64,000 bases of DNA from Octopus bimaculoides (Eukaryota): assembly GCF_001194135.2 (NCBI RefSeq), contig NC_069005.1, forward strand, positions 3,940,690-4,004,689. The letters run 5' to 3'. Positions 41,300 through 53,706 of this stretch are shown here, piece by piece; the stretch's first letter is position 1, and the number at the start of each line of letters is the position of its first letter. Made by a program: the position numbers and the translations under genes. The notes under the pieces were generated by a model, which saw only the letters and a list, made by a program, of their open reading frames with translations, was not told the DNA's origin and did no database searches.

Positions 41300-41530
41300 A
41301 TCTCTTCATTATCCAAATCGCTGAGCAAATATATGCCTTCCTCATGCTTTTCCCCCAATGCCATATGCACATTATGATCCAATTTGTGTTGACTGGCTGA
41401 GAAGTTTCTAACTCAATCAGGATCGAATCCAGGTCTCCCACGTTACTACTAAATATCGATCTTGTCGGATTGGTTACTAAATAATGGTCTACTAAGTTTC
41501 GATATATTGATCGGCAGTCCAGGTTGAACA
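41300..41530 (-). mobile_element. Possible LINE AP-endonuclease remnant
   Basis: Minus frame DHYLVTNPTRSIFSSNVGDLDSILI resembles the V..PTR...LDLIL motif of CR1/L2-type endonucleases. Confidence 0.3.
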
Positions 41531-42465
41531 CGAATGCGACACAATGATTAAGAAGAAATATCGCTTGATATTATTCGAACGCTCTAATGCCTCTTCCAAC
41601 CCAGCTCCCTATGATCTCGCATAGCAATTGTCATGAAAGCTAATAAGGATTCAATGTAAGAAATTTAGGAAATGGTGGAAGAGTAAACTACTAGATATAT
41701 TGAACTTTATTATACCAACTTCGGAATAATAAAATGGTAAAGTCGAAATATTCGGGATATAGTGTTACGCATCTAATTATTTGGGGGAATTTTTATCTTC
41801 CCTGTATCAAGTGTTGAGATTTTCAGCTAGCCCTGAATGAAAGGTAACTGCAAAGTATTCCCAAGCGCCCCATCGCACAACAGCTTCATGCAGTTAATGC
41901 TTTGTTTGCAGAGTTGCATGTCAAGCGGGGCAGCAAAAATGTGTACTGGGATCGATTGTGAGAAATCCTAGATTCCAGAGATGGAGGAAAAGAAATGAGA
42001 GCTGTGTTTGTTGTGGAAGTTGCGGGATTCGACGTTGAACACAAGGGTGATGTGTGTGTGTGTGTGTGTGAGTGAGTGTGAGAGAGGGAGACAGAGAGAG
42101 AGAGATGTGATTTGTGAATCTATGCGTGGTGGTAGCAAGTAACCATCCAGTTCTCAGCAACAGAGATTATTATACAAGCTGAAAATACTGAGAATAATAG
42201 CGCAACGTTAGGAAGCATCATTGCAGTAACTATAATCATAGAACTGATTGTGTGAAAGTGAGTTACTTTATATCGAGAACGTATCGTAGTGTTTTGTTTC
42301 TTTTTATATTAATCAGTCAAGAAACCTTCTTCTGGGTCCGATATGAGACGTCGGTGCACAACTACGCATAAAGTAAGAGCAGGATTTTAAACAAATACAG
42401 AAATACAATTATACAATTATATGCCAGCCATTTATTTACGAGTATTGTTAACACTAACAAACTCA

Positions 42466-42535
<70 letters not shown>

Positions 42536-42732
42536 TTATGTGTGTGTGCCTGCGTATAATGCATATATAATTATGTATTTGATAGATATATGCCGGTATA
42601 TGTGTGTGTCCGTGTGTGTCTTTGTGTGTGTGTTTGTATGTGTAATTGTAAATATGTATATAAGCATGTATGTACTTATATATATATATATATATGTGTA
42701 TGTGTATAATCGATATGTATAGATGAGGAAAA

Positions 42733-42960
42733 GCAGTGAGCTGGCAGAATCGTTAGCATGCCGAGCAAAATATCTAGCGGTATTTCGTAACCCGTAATTT
42801 TCTGAGTTCAAATTCCGCCGAGGTAACCTTTGACTTTTATCCTTTCCTGTTCGATTAAATAAGTACCGTTTACGTACTGGGGTCGATGTGTTCCACCTAA
42901 TCCCTTTGTCTGTCATCGCTTGTACCCTCTATGTTTAGCTCCATGTGGGAAATAAACAAA
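42733..42960 (+). mobile_element. SINE family A, full-length
   Basis: gcagtgagctggcagaatcgttagcatgccgagcaaaat...ttctgagttcaaattccgccgagg. Confidence 0.85.
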
Positions 42961-43834
42961 TACATATGTACACATGAGGAAATATCAAATGCGTATATTT
43001 ATGTACGTATTGCTGTCCTTTCTTCTTCGTGTATATAATCGTCAACAAGCAGATTATGTTTGCATCAACATAGTCACACACCTGTACAGAAGAACACATA
43101 TATAGTACATGGTAATGAACTTCAAATTCTTGATCGCTGTACGTCATACAGTGAATTGCAGTAATTTCTAATGGATGCTTTTATAAAGGAATCGTGTGAA
43201 GGTCAATTGAAGGATACATCCGAAAGCAGGGAAATATTACACATCATGCTCAACGGAACTCTATGTCTGGAGATTACGTTCTGTTATCTTGTATAACCTT
43301 GTTCGCAAACTATTGTTTTGCTTGAAGCCAAAGGAAAAATAATTATTGGAATAATGAAATTAAAGAAAATGTTAAATAGAAACAAAATGAAAAAGAAGTT
43401 ACTTATCGCTTCGAATCATACAAGATGAAGCTTCTGCAGATATTACTATTCGTTCAAAAATAATAATTATTATTAGAATTGTAATGATGATGAAGATGAT
43501 AAATATAAAAAGTTATAAATAATAATATAATTCTTTGTATTACTTGTAGTATTGTTATCTATAAATTAATAATGTTTTATTAACGTATTTGTCTTGTGAA
43601 TATGTCTTTGTCTTCTAAATATGAATAATCATGATTTTAACAAACTTTGGTCAACTAGTTGGACTTAAGAACGTCCGCAATATTTTCCACCAATCTACAA
43701 TATGCCTCTAATAATAATAATTGCAATACGCCAATAATAATAATAATAACAATAATAATGATTTCCAAATTTTGCCTCAAGGCAACTTGTACGTATTTTA
43801 TCGACCCCGATACATACATACATACATACATACA

Positions 43835-43891
<57 letters not shown>

Positions 43892-43949
43892 TTAATGTAA
43901 GCAGACTAACATCGATTATTACTTTTTAATACAAATAGACTTTATCCCA

Positions 43950-45210
43950 TCCATAACGTTTACAAGTAATCATAATAGTTCTTAAGATTATGTTTATAAT
44001 ACTAATTAATAGTTTATCTTAATAAAATGCCCATTAGTTAATTACAATTATTTACTTACTGATATGTAAACACCTATTGCTCATAATGCGATTGATCAAA
44101 GTCCAGCTTTCGATATAATTGGACTGTTGAATTTAAAAACAAAGAGTAGTCTATTAAAACCATTATAGGGGTAGATATAAATAAATAAATAAGTATATAA
44201 ATAATAAAAATATGGAGAAGTAGTATATGTTTTTATGTGGCCCGAAAACCGCTTAGGACTTTATAAATTAATTAAATGATTACAATTTAGTTACTTGCTA
44301 ATTACGATCATTGATGCAGATGGAAGTGCAATTGTAGTATGCACCCAAGCAAGGGTTGATATATCGACAATTTTAGTAATAATAATATAATAATATCTAT
44401 TGATTATGATTAAGCAAACTGTACTATAAGCGTGCGACTGCAACAATAATTGTAATAGCAAGTAATTAAATGTTAATCCTTTAATTAATTTGGGGATTTG
44501 TACTCATAGTTATTTAAAGGACCACTACGCTGAATGTAATTAGGTATGTCTAGCCAATTACTGTTTGTTTGTCTAGTAAGACCACTGCTTGGGTACTGTA
44601 GTGTTAGTTCATATGTTAGTCTTTGTATTATAATTCTGTAAATGTAAGTCCTTGCTCTAGCCATTAACTCCTCTTAACTGTAGACTCCCCTTAACCGTAG
44701 TTCTACCTTTATCTCCCTCCCTCTTCCCTTTCCTTCTAATTAACTTCCGTTCTTTGTCTACTAATTTCTCCAATTTTCTAAAGCATTTGTCCAACTTTTT
44801 CCCCGAACCGCCTTAAGTCACATTGGTCCAATCAGGGACCTCTACAGGTTTTAATGACCCTGCGAATTTTGTTCATTCCTACGCATGGTGCTTGTTTGCA
44901 CGTTTGTTTTTATTTACAATGTCCTAAGCGGGTTTTGGGTCACTTTAAACCTATACTGCTTCTCCATACTTTTATTATTTATTTACTAACATCTAACCCT
45001 ACAACGGCCTTAATAGCTTACTTCTTTGTTTTTAAATTTAACTGACCAATTATAACGAAAACTGGACTTCCATCAATCCCATTACGAGCAATAGGCGTTT
45101 GGTCTCTGCATCATGTCAATAAGTAAGTAATTGTAATTAATTGATGGGCAATTAGTACTATTAACTTAATTAACTTAAGTACTTTTACGATTACTTCTAA
45201 ACGTTATGGA
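43950..45210 (-). mobile_element. Putative Penelope-like element remnant with ~300-bp inverted arms
   Basis: 43950-44268 is the diverged reverse complement of 44912-45210 (several blocks aligned by eye). The spacer encodes, on the minus strand with one frameshift, RRFGEKVG/CFRKLEKLVDKERKL, reminiscent of Penelope-like ORF N-termini. (TA)n tracts lie on both sides. Confidence 0.45.
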
Positions 45211-45597
45211 ACTATCGCTCCCTCTTTTTCTAGATTTTTTGGCGTATCTCGTTATGGTAAAGTTTGTATTTTACATTATTCTTTATACATCTTGTTACCC
45301 CTATATAAAAATCAACCCACCAAATATTATATTTTAAGTTTAGTCATTTACTCAACGTCCTGAAGCATAGGTAATTATACTGATAGTAAAACGGATATTT
45401 TTATCCCTTAGACGGTTATTCCAAACTCTAACTCAACTAATCTTTATATATATATGCATAAACGCGCACACACACATACACAAACACACACATATATATA
45501 TTATTTTGGTATACACCAAGTGGTATACTTGGTATAATTTTTAAAGCCCTTTCACAGCATTGGGCTACCTGATGGCAGCAACTGTCTGTACAACTTC

Positions 45598-45644
45598 TCA
45601 CCCGGAAGGCACTAGTGTATGCTGGTTCGAAACGTTCGTAGTGG
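45598..45644 (+). ncRNA. Degenerate minimal hammerhead-like motif
   Basis: ucac ccggaagg c ACUAG-uguaug-CUGGU uc GAAA CG-uu-CGUA gugg. Stems I, II and III and a GUA triplet can be drawn, but the CUGANGA core is mutated. Confidence 0.35.
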
Positions 45645-46955
45645 TTCTGAATAAAGAGTCAGCCGTATTGCAATTTCTTTCTCTCGTATTTATGTGTGGG
45701 CGTCTGTAAAGAACGACGGAGTGAGAGAGAAAGAGGGATATAGACAAATGCATATACAGATAGAGATGAATATTTCACACATATGCACTCGTTTATTTGT
45801 TGTGTAATCCGTATATATGTATAAGTCATGTGTGTGTACGTGTACACCTGTGTATCAGTGTACGAATATATGTGTAATGCTATATTCATACAGGTATGGT
45901 ATTTCCGTAAAAATTTCAATTGATATAATCACAACGAAATGCACGCAAACATACACATTACAAATATTCAATACGTGATAGCGTTATGATAACAAATATA
46001 AAATTTTTAAAGCGATCTTATTTAATATCATAAAACTAATTTCCATGAAAGTAAAATTGTCAAAGGAAAACGAACACATAAATGTTGATCTCACCTTTTC
46101 ATTCTTACTTTTGTTGTTAATTTCCAGGTAGATTTCAACCATTTGTACGACTTTATATACGTGATAAGCTTATTGAAATGCAAATTCAAACAGACACGCG
46201 GAAATACATTTATGTTCATACCCGTATGAACATAAACTTACGTATGTGAGAAAGGAATTCTGTTTGTAAATGCATGTTTATATATATGTGTGTTTTTGTG
46301 TGTGCCCCTATGTATGTGCATGTCTATTTTTGTGCCAGGCTGTATGATCCTATGTGTTGATGTTTGTGTTAATATCTGTATGCATAAAACTAAATGTACA
46401 AATTTAGGGATCAATCGAAAGCGATATTAAAATTTCAAAAGTTCCCATTTTAATAAATCTTGATAAAAATATTTTTATTTTTCACTTTCGGTAACATTTT
46501 GGGTTAAAGCCAACAGATTTTTACTGCTCATATTCATCGTGTTATTTTTTATATTTTTGTTATTTATATTTCTCTGTATAAACTTCATGTGTTACTTCTG
46601 TGCAGCAGTCTGTCGTACTCTGTGAAGCAATTGTAATTTTAAATAAATCAAATATATAGTTCTCACCTGATTTGAGCAAATCCATATCTATTCATAAATT
46701 AATGACAGTTCCGAACGCGTTATCATCTAGCTTTTACATGTTTCACTCATTAACTTTGGCCAGACTGGAGTATTACACTGAAGTATTTATTCGAACAACT
46801 CGATGTCAAAACATATTTTTAAAAACTTAGTTACTCCATAACTTTTACGGAAATCCTAAATTATCGATAGGTATGACATCTACCAGCAGTTGTCATGCGG
46901 GGGGAGTGAACAAATACAATTGACAATACGAAGACACACATACATATACATACAT

Positions 46956-46987
<32 letters not shown>

Positions 46988-47060
46988 ACGCGCGTGTATA
47001 TATATATCGAGAGAGAGAGAGAGAGAGACATACAAACATTGATATAGACAAATAGATACA

Positions 47061-47420
47061 TACAGGGGTTGGACAAAATAATGGAAACGCCTAGCATCAT
47101 AGCATCGTAATTTTGAAATATCCATAAAACAATCCGTCAAAATCTTGCTTCTTTTTGTGTTTTTTTATTTATTATTAGTGTTGTGAAATATGTTTTATCT
47201 AAAATTGCTGTTTGTTTTCAGATATCATCAGAAAAAAGTTAATTAAAATACATGAAAATGACAGATCTATAGGACTTTCAAAAGGTCAAATTGTTGGTGC
47301 TCGTATGGCAGGCGTTAGCGTAACGAAAAAAACCAAATGTTTGGTGTATCAAGAACTACTGTCTCAAAACTAACGGCAGCATTTGAGATAGAAGGAAAAA
47401 CCTCCTCGTCAAAACGATCA
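47061..47420 (+). mobile_element. 5' end of a Tc1-like DNA transposon (terminal inverted repeat plus pseudogenised transposase N-terminus)
   Basis: TA is followed by CAGGGGTTGGACAAAATAATGGAAAC, a Tc1-type terminus. From 47258 the frameshifted translation is MTDL*DFQ/GQIVGARMAGVSVTK/MFGVSRTTVSKLTAAFEIEGKTSSSKR, a paired-like HTH. Confidence 0.85.
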
Positions 47421-47479
47421 AATGATTGGGTAGACATAAGCTCATTCCTCAATCAGATATACATTATCTGTACACATGT

Positions 47480-47593
47480 CAGATGTTCAAAGCAACGTGA
47501 AATGAAGTGTTTTGCTCAAGAAGCCCAGTCTCGGAATTGAACCCACGATCTCGCAATCGTGAGTGCCACACTCTAACCACTAAGCCATGCACC
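47480..47593 (-). mobile_element. SINE family C, 5' part
   Basis: gcaacgtgaaatgaagtgttttgctcaag...gaattgaaccca...ctaaccactaagccatgcacc. Confidence 0.8.
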
Positions 47594-47621
47594 TTATACA
47601 CACACACATACATAAATATTT

Positions 47622-47770
47622 GGTATGATCAATAAGTATCCGGACTGTATCCATTTTAACGAAACCAAAGCACACGAAGAGAAGCCACTTGGCACAGATT
47701 GACCTTGAACTCTGCATTGCATGTGGACTCGGCTAAGTTTTAACCTTCTAGCTGACTTCTACTAGCTATA
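47622..47770 (+). mobile_element. Probable mariner terminal fragment
   Basis: tgatcaataagtatccggactg resembles a mariner terminal inverted repeat. No coding sequence recognised. Confidence 0.45.
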
Positions 47771-48909
47771 CATATTCAGTCACCCCAGCCCCTATTATTT
47801 AAACATTTTTGAATTTTTGTTGTCATATTTCTCCGAAATGTTTTACAAATGTTTGTAGTCACGTGAGTATCTACATGCATTCCGTTGCTTACTGTGATTT
47901 TATCAACTATTAATGTGAAAAATCATAACAGTTTGTTTGTCTCTTACGGTTGAAAGCTGAATCCAGCGTGTAAAGAGCGAGGTTATTTTCGAGAAAAAAA
48001 ACAGATTTATGTATTTTGCTTTAGAATAAGTGTTAAAACTAATTTTGTAAAGCTCTGTACTAGTACTTATAACTCACAAATCTATTGGAAAGAAGAAAAA
48101 AAAACAATAGCTTGTATGAAACGAGATTTGAAATTTAGATGCTATTTTGAGATGCAAATGAAATCTCTTGGACGTCTTTCATCATATTTCTGCTCGAAGT
48201 AAATGGATTTTCGGTGAAATACCTAAAACAGAAACTAAAGAAAAACAAATTTTGACGTCTCTCTTCACAGGCATGACATGCAAGTAATAGTAGTGTTTTT
48301 TTTTTGTTTTTTTTGTTTTTTTTTACTAAAAGTGCCCTCTCCTTACTTCCAAATAGTGAAAATGAAGTTTAATGTACGTGACAGGCAAATAAATTGCAGC
48401 TGCTTTAGACGAGACATGTAGTGCGCATGCACAAATCCTGAGTCCATAATGAAATTACCTTTAGTGAACCAGCAAATCTTTGGCAGTCACGAAAGTGGAC
48501 CAAAGGGGAGTTAACAAGACCCTATCATGACGACTTTTAAAATATCTTAGAAGAGTCAAAATGAGGTCACTAGTCTCAAGGTCACACACTGTGGGCTAAT
48601 GCTGTGTCGTCTGATTTAAAGCACTCAGAAAGGATCAGAACAACTAAAGAGATGAAAGTAGCGGTGAAGGCAAGCGTCAAATCAGGTTTCAATGAACTTC
48701 CCTGAGTGTAAATAATGACCGATTAAATCACCTCAGAGTAAAGAAAGATTAAGGTTTTAAGGACTTGTCATTTTTAGAGACATATACATCGAACATAAAT
48801 GTCAGTGAAAACTACTCTATTGTAAACATTATGAGAAAAATAGGGGAAGAGTTAGTTGAATCTGTTACTCTATAGACATAACTTACCTCTATGTTTCCTT
48901 TCTTTGCAG

Positions 48910-49145
48910 GTACTCCAGTGCGATTCGCCAGGGATTGTGCGGATAAATATATAGAGGAAGATTGCGTTGTAAAAAATATCACGGCAGCGAGGAAGACTAC
49001 CTATTGCATTCGAACCTGCGACACAGACGGATGCAATGCACAAGGACTAGAAATGCGGGGTGGATCCTCGAAATTGAATATATTTACTTACTTAGTTTTC
49101 GGGCTTGCTTTACTACTTAATATTCAACAATTAGCCTTTGTTTAA
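48910..49145 (+). CDS. Terminal coding exon of the same Ly6/uPAR protein, with CN motif and GPI-type hydrophobic tail
   Basis: Acceptor tttccttttctttgcAG ends at 48909. G|GT completes the Gly codon from the upstream exon. Translation: TPVRFARDCADKYIEEDCVVKNITAARKTTYCIRTCDTDGCNAQGLEMRGGSSKLNIFTYLVFGLALLLNIQQLAFV*. It has five cysteines ending in the LU hallmark CxTDGCN, an NIT sequon, a small-residue spacer and a hydrophobic C-terminus. Confidence 0.92.
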
Positions 49146-49163
49146 TATTTTGTTTCTGCGTCT

Positions 49164-49695
49164 NNNNNNNNNNNNNNNNNNNNNNNNNNNNNNNNNNNNN
49201 NNNNNNNNNNNNNNNNNNNNNNNNNNNNNNNNNNNNNNNNNNNNNNNNNNNNNNNNNNNNNNNNNNNNNNNNNNNNNNNNNNNNNNNNNNNNNNNNNNNN
49301 NNNNNNNNNNNNNNNNNNNNNNNNNNNNNNNNNNNNNNNNNNNNNNNNNNNNNNNNNNNNNNNNNNNNNNNNNNNNNNNNNNNNNNNNNNNNNNNNNNNN
49401 NNNNNNNNNNNNNNNNNNNNNNNNNNNNNNNNNNNNNNNNNNNNNNNNNNNNNNNNNNNNNNNNNNNNNNNNNNNNNNNNNNNNNNNNNNNNNNNNNNNN
49501 NNNNNNNNNNNNNNNNNNNNNNNNNNNNNNNNNNNNNNNNNNNNNNNNNNNNNNNNNNNNNNNNNNNNNNNNNNNNNNNNNNNNNNNNNNNNNNNNNNNN
49601 NNNNNNNNNNNNNNNNNNNNNNNNNNNNNNNNNNNNNNNNNNNNNNNNNNNNNNNNNNNNNNNNNNNNNNNNNNNNNNNNNNNNNNNNNNNNNNN
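49164..49695. other. Assembly gap (others at 50889-51039, 52147-52396 and 56799-56864)
   Basis: Runs of N. The first three have a (TA)n tract on at least one side; the last interrupts a SINE. Confidence 1.
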
Positions 49696-49743
<48 letters not shown>

Positions 49744-50056
49744 TATGTGTACAAGGGGAATGAATTGTGAAATTATGACTTACGCAGTTTATTTACATCG
49801 TAAAACTCACCATTTTAATGATGGAATTCTAATGGATAAGTGAATATTAAGCCCATATAAGTATGGGTATATATATATATAAACAGTATGGATATAAACA
49901 TACAGTAACAAACTAAAATACATAATCTGGAATGTGCGAATGCTTATACAATATGTAATTTGCGATACTAGAAACTATTGCTTAGAAAACGCATCCTATT
50001 TTAAGGCCCACATACACGCAACATGCAACAAAATTATATGTACATACGTACACACT

Positions 50057-50119
<63 letters not shown>

Positions 50120-51039
50120 GTATGTGTATATATACGAGCGTATGCAGAAGTGTATGTTTCACACGCATTAATAACTAAAACCGTATAAGTTTTAACGTAA
50201 TTTACTCTCTTCAGAAATCTACTAGAGAAGTTTCCATCTATATCTTGTACTTTAAGAATAAATTGTTGACAGAACACATTCTTAGCTGAGAATCACTGCT
50301 GGGATCTCAAAATTATAAAAATAACTTTAATATGTAATTGTAACCAATGTTAGATAAGCTACAAAGAAGATGTTTTTGCAAAATCGTATTTGTCAACGAT
50401 AATATAGATTATAGAAAGGAGTTTGAAATGTTGCGTAACACTAAAAAATGCAGTGGAAGAAATAAAAAAAAATGCCTTAAAAATTTCGTTTCGATTTCAT
50501 GTTTTGAAATTCCTTTTGCTCAGCTTTTGTTTATATAGATACTAACGTACGTAAAATTGAGTCAAAAACATATAAGCCAGTCAAGAATATCACAATATAT
50601 ACGCTCACACAGACACCATCTCCCCACACATATAGGAATAATATAGCTTTATATATAGTATACATACAAGTGTATATATATACAAACACACACGTATGTT
50701 TGTATGTATATATGTACAAATGTATGATGCATGTATAATGTAACCTGTATTCAAAATTTTCCTTGCATATACATTCACACACACACACACTTTTAAAATG
50801 TCTTTATATATGTGTGTTTGAGTGTGTATGTATGTATATATATAAGTATCTATGTATCTATGCCTACATATGTATCTATTTATATATANNNNNNNNNNNN
50901 NNNNNNNNNNNNNNNNNNNNNNNNNNNNNNNNNNNNNNNNNNNNNNNNNNNNNNNNNNNNNNNNNNNNNNNNNNNNNNNNNNNNNNNNNNNNNNNNNNNN
51001 NNNNNNNNNNNNNNNNNNNNNNNNNNNNNNNNNNNNNNN

Positions 51040-51073
51040 GATATAGATAGATAGATAGATAGATATAGATATC

Positions 51074-51127
<54 letters not shown>

Positions 51128-51143
51128 CAGAAAGTGAAAGATT

Positions 51144-51185
<42 letters not shown>

Positions 51186-51190
51186 AAGAG
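51040..51190. repeat. Compound (GATA)n-(GT)n-(GA)n microsatellite
   Basis: Seen directly; it abuts an assembly gap. Confidence 0.95.
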
Positions 51191-52396
51191 AACTGTCGTT
51201 ATGAAGCGTATAGTGGAAGTAATAGTTGTATACGAAGTGTGATTAACAGAACAAGTCCTAAATGTGTCAGTATGATATCCATAAATTTAGATACAAAACA
51301 TAATCAGTCTGATTCGATGAATCACTATTGGTTTATCATTTATCAAATTCGAAATCGATACTGACTCACTACAGCTTCTTAGGGAGAAAATTATTTGCAT
51401 ATCTTTAAAATGAGGTCTTGATTGTAAACATACACCCTTTCCTTCTTTATTTTGTTTAGTGTTTTACTTTTATCGCTTCTATTTTTTGATGCTCTTTGTG
51501 CTTACTAAGGATAGCAGCATCACAATTTATTATTTCACAAACAAATAATCAGTTATAGAATGTTCTATGCTGATAAACATCTCCTTTGAATTCATACATA
51601 AGGTGTGTGCGTGTGTGTGTGACACGATGTGTGTGTGCGCGAGAGAGAGAGAGAGAAACGATGTCTGTGTTAACGTACCTGTTTGTATACTTATATGTGT
51701 ATGCATATATATAATTAGGTATTTCAGAGACATACATATACACGTGTGCGTGTGTTTGTGTTTGTGCGTAGACACGCATATCTGTGTCAATGCGCGTGTG
51801 TATTGTGATTCCAACGAACGTTAAATTCTTTTCTTAGAGTCATCTAAATATTGGTTTGTTTTATATTATTAGCATAACATTCTACTTAGAAGTAATATAT
51901 TCCCATATTTCTTTTTTCGCGGGCATGGTCAGCTGTCCGTGATCCAAACATACGGTCAATAAAATCTCCGCATATGTTTTCAAATTACTAGAAAGATAAC
52001 CAAGACAACAAGTTGTATGTCTTTTGAAGAGCACAGACTCAAGCGGATGGAAAATTCAAAAAGATGTTGTATTAGAGTATTCATTAGCGCATGTTCCTGA
52101 AATAAGAATGATCGTGGTTCAAGGAAGTTAAATATATATATATATANNNNNNNNNNNNNNNNNNNNNNNNNNNNNNNNNNNNNNNNNNNNNNNNNNNNNN
52201 NNNNNNNNNNNNNNNNNNNNNNNNNNNNNNNNNNNNNNNNNNNNNNNNNNNNNNNNNNNNNNNNNNNNNNNNNNNNNNNNNNNNNNNNNNNNNNNNNNNN
52301 NNNNNNNNNNNNNNNNNNNNNNNNNNNNNNNNNNNNNNNNNNNNNNNNNNNNNNNNNNNNNNNNNNNNNNNNNNNNNNNNNNNNNNNNNNNNNNNN

Positions 52397-52883
52397 GTAC
52401 ATAGGGATATAAATGTTTATACATGTTATAAGATGTATGTATACATATGCATACATGTGTATAATGATACAAATTACAATATATGTATGTCTGCATGTGT
52501 ATATATATATATATATATATATATTAATTATTTCTGTATGCCAGTATGGATATGAATCGTTGGTTTAGCGATTTTAATAGCAATCCTGCAGAACATGAAA
52601 GTGTTCAAGTTTATGAGATAATACGGTAATGGTTTTAAGTCAGGTATTGGTGACATACTAGTACCGCTCATTTACCTGGAATTTACATGAAACATATTCA
52701 ACAATCATTATTCGGAAACGAGAAAGTATCCGACTTTAATATTTAGTGTATATGTGCGCATATTTGTATAATTAACATATAAAATTTATGTGTGAAATTT
52801 TATAGATAAAAAACATTTTCTTTATTTATTGCAACAATATGTATAACAAATGATTATATGATATATATATATATATATATATG

Positions 52884-52914
<31 letters not shown>

Positions 52915-53356
52915 GTATATATTATATAAATATATACCTGTGTGTATGTTTATGTACCCATGTATTTATATATGCATGTAAATATACATAGATACGTATA
53001 TATATATGTAGAAATTTACATATATTGCACATACACAGATAGACAGACATATAAGTATATAGATATGGATATACACACACAAACACATGAAAACACACAC
53101 ATATATACATATATACATAGTACGAATTAAATATGTAAACATCCATCCTTCAGAAGAAAAATATATATCGTATATGCGTGAATAACACAGAGGCGTAAGT
53201 ATCGCATGCAAATACAAAGGCATAATTGCATACATAAATATCTTCAGTAGACGAACGCAAAACAGCATATTATATATATATATACATACATATAACTATA
53301 TATACATATCCATACATATACATATATGTCCATATGTATACATACCTACATACACA

Positions 53357-53392
<36 letters not shown>

Positions 53393-53653
53393 TATAGTGT
53401 TATATATAATGTATATATGTACATACTTGTATATATATATTGGTAAATTCTGTATACATATATATGCATATATAGAGGAAAACATGAAACTTTATCTGAA
53501 GGATGCCTCGATTCAATTAAATAGGTTTCCAGTATTGTATATGCAAGGATAATTTTTACAGACCCTCTAGAGTTTCGACTTAGCTGTCGTCATCGGCAAC
53601 AATATCCGAAACGTTCACGCCATGACAACATCTTTCCTTGTAAATATATGCAT

Positions 53654-53706
<53 letters not shown>

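Larger units (their letters stand above)
30978..48909 (+). other. Phase-1 GT-AG intron (~17.9 kb) of the Ly6-like gene, filled with transposable elements
   Basis: gtaagt at 30978 and cag ending at 48909. Direct joining keeps the frame and gives exactly 10 cysteines. An extra small exon cannot be excluded without RNA data. Confidence 0.75.

Noticed and set aside
49131-49770. Three ~200-aa ORFs
   Set aside because: They are almost entirely N-gap (X) plus (TA)n.
50763-52496. ORFs containing X runs
   Set aside because: They span assembly gaps and microsatellites.
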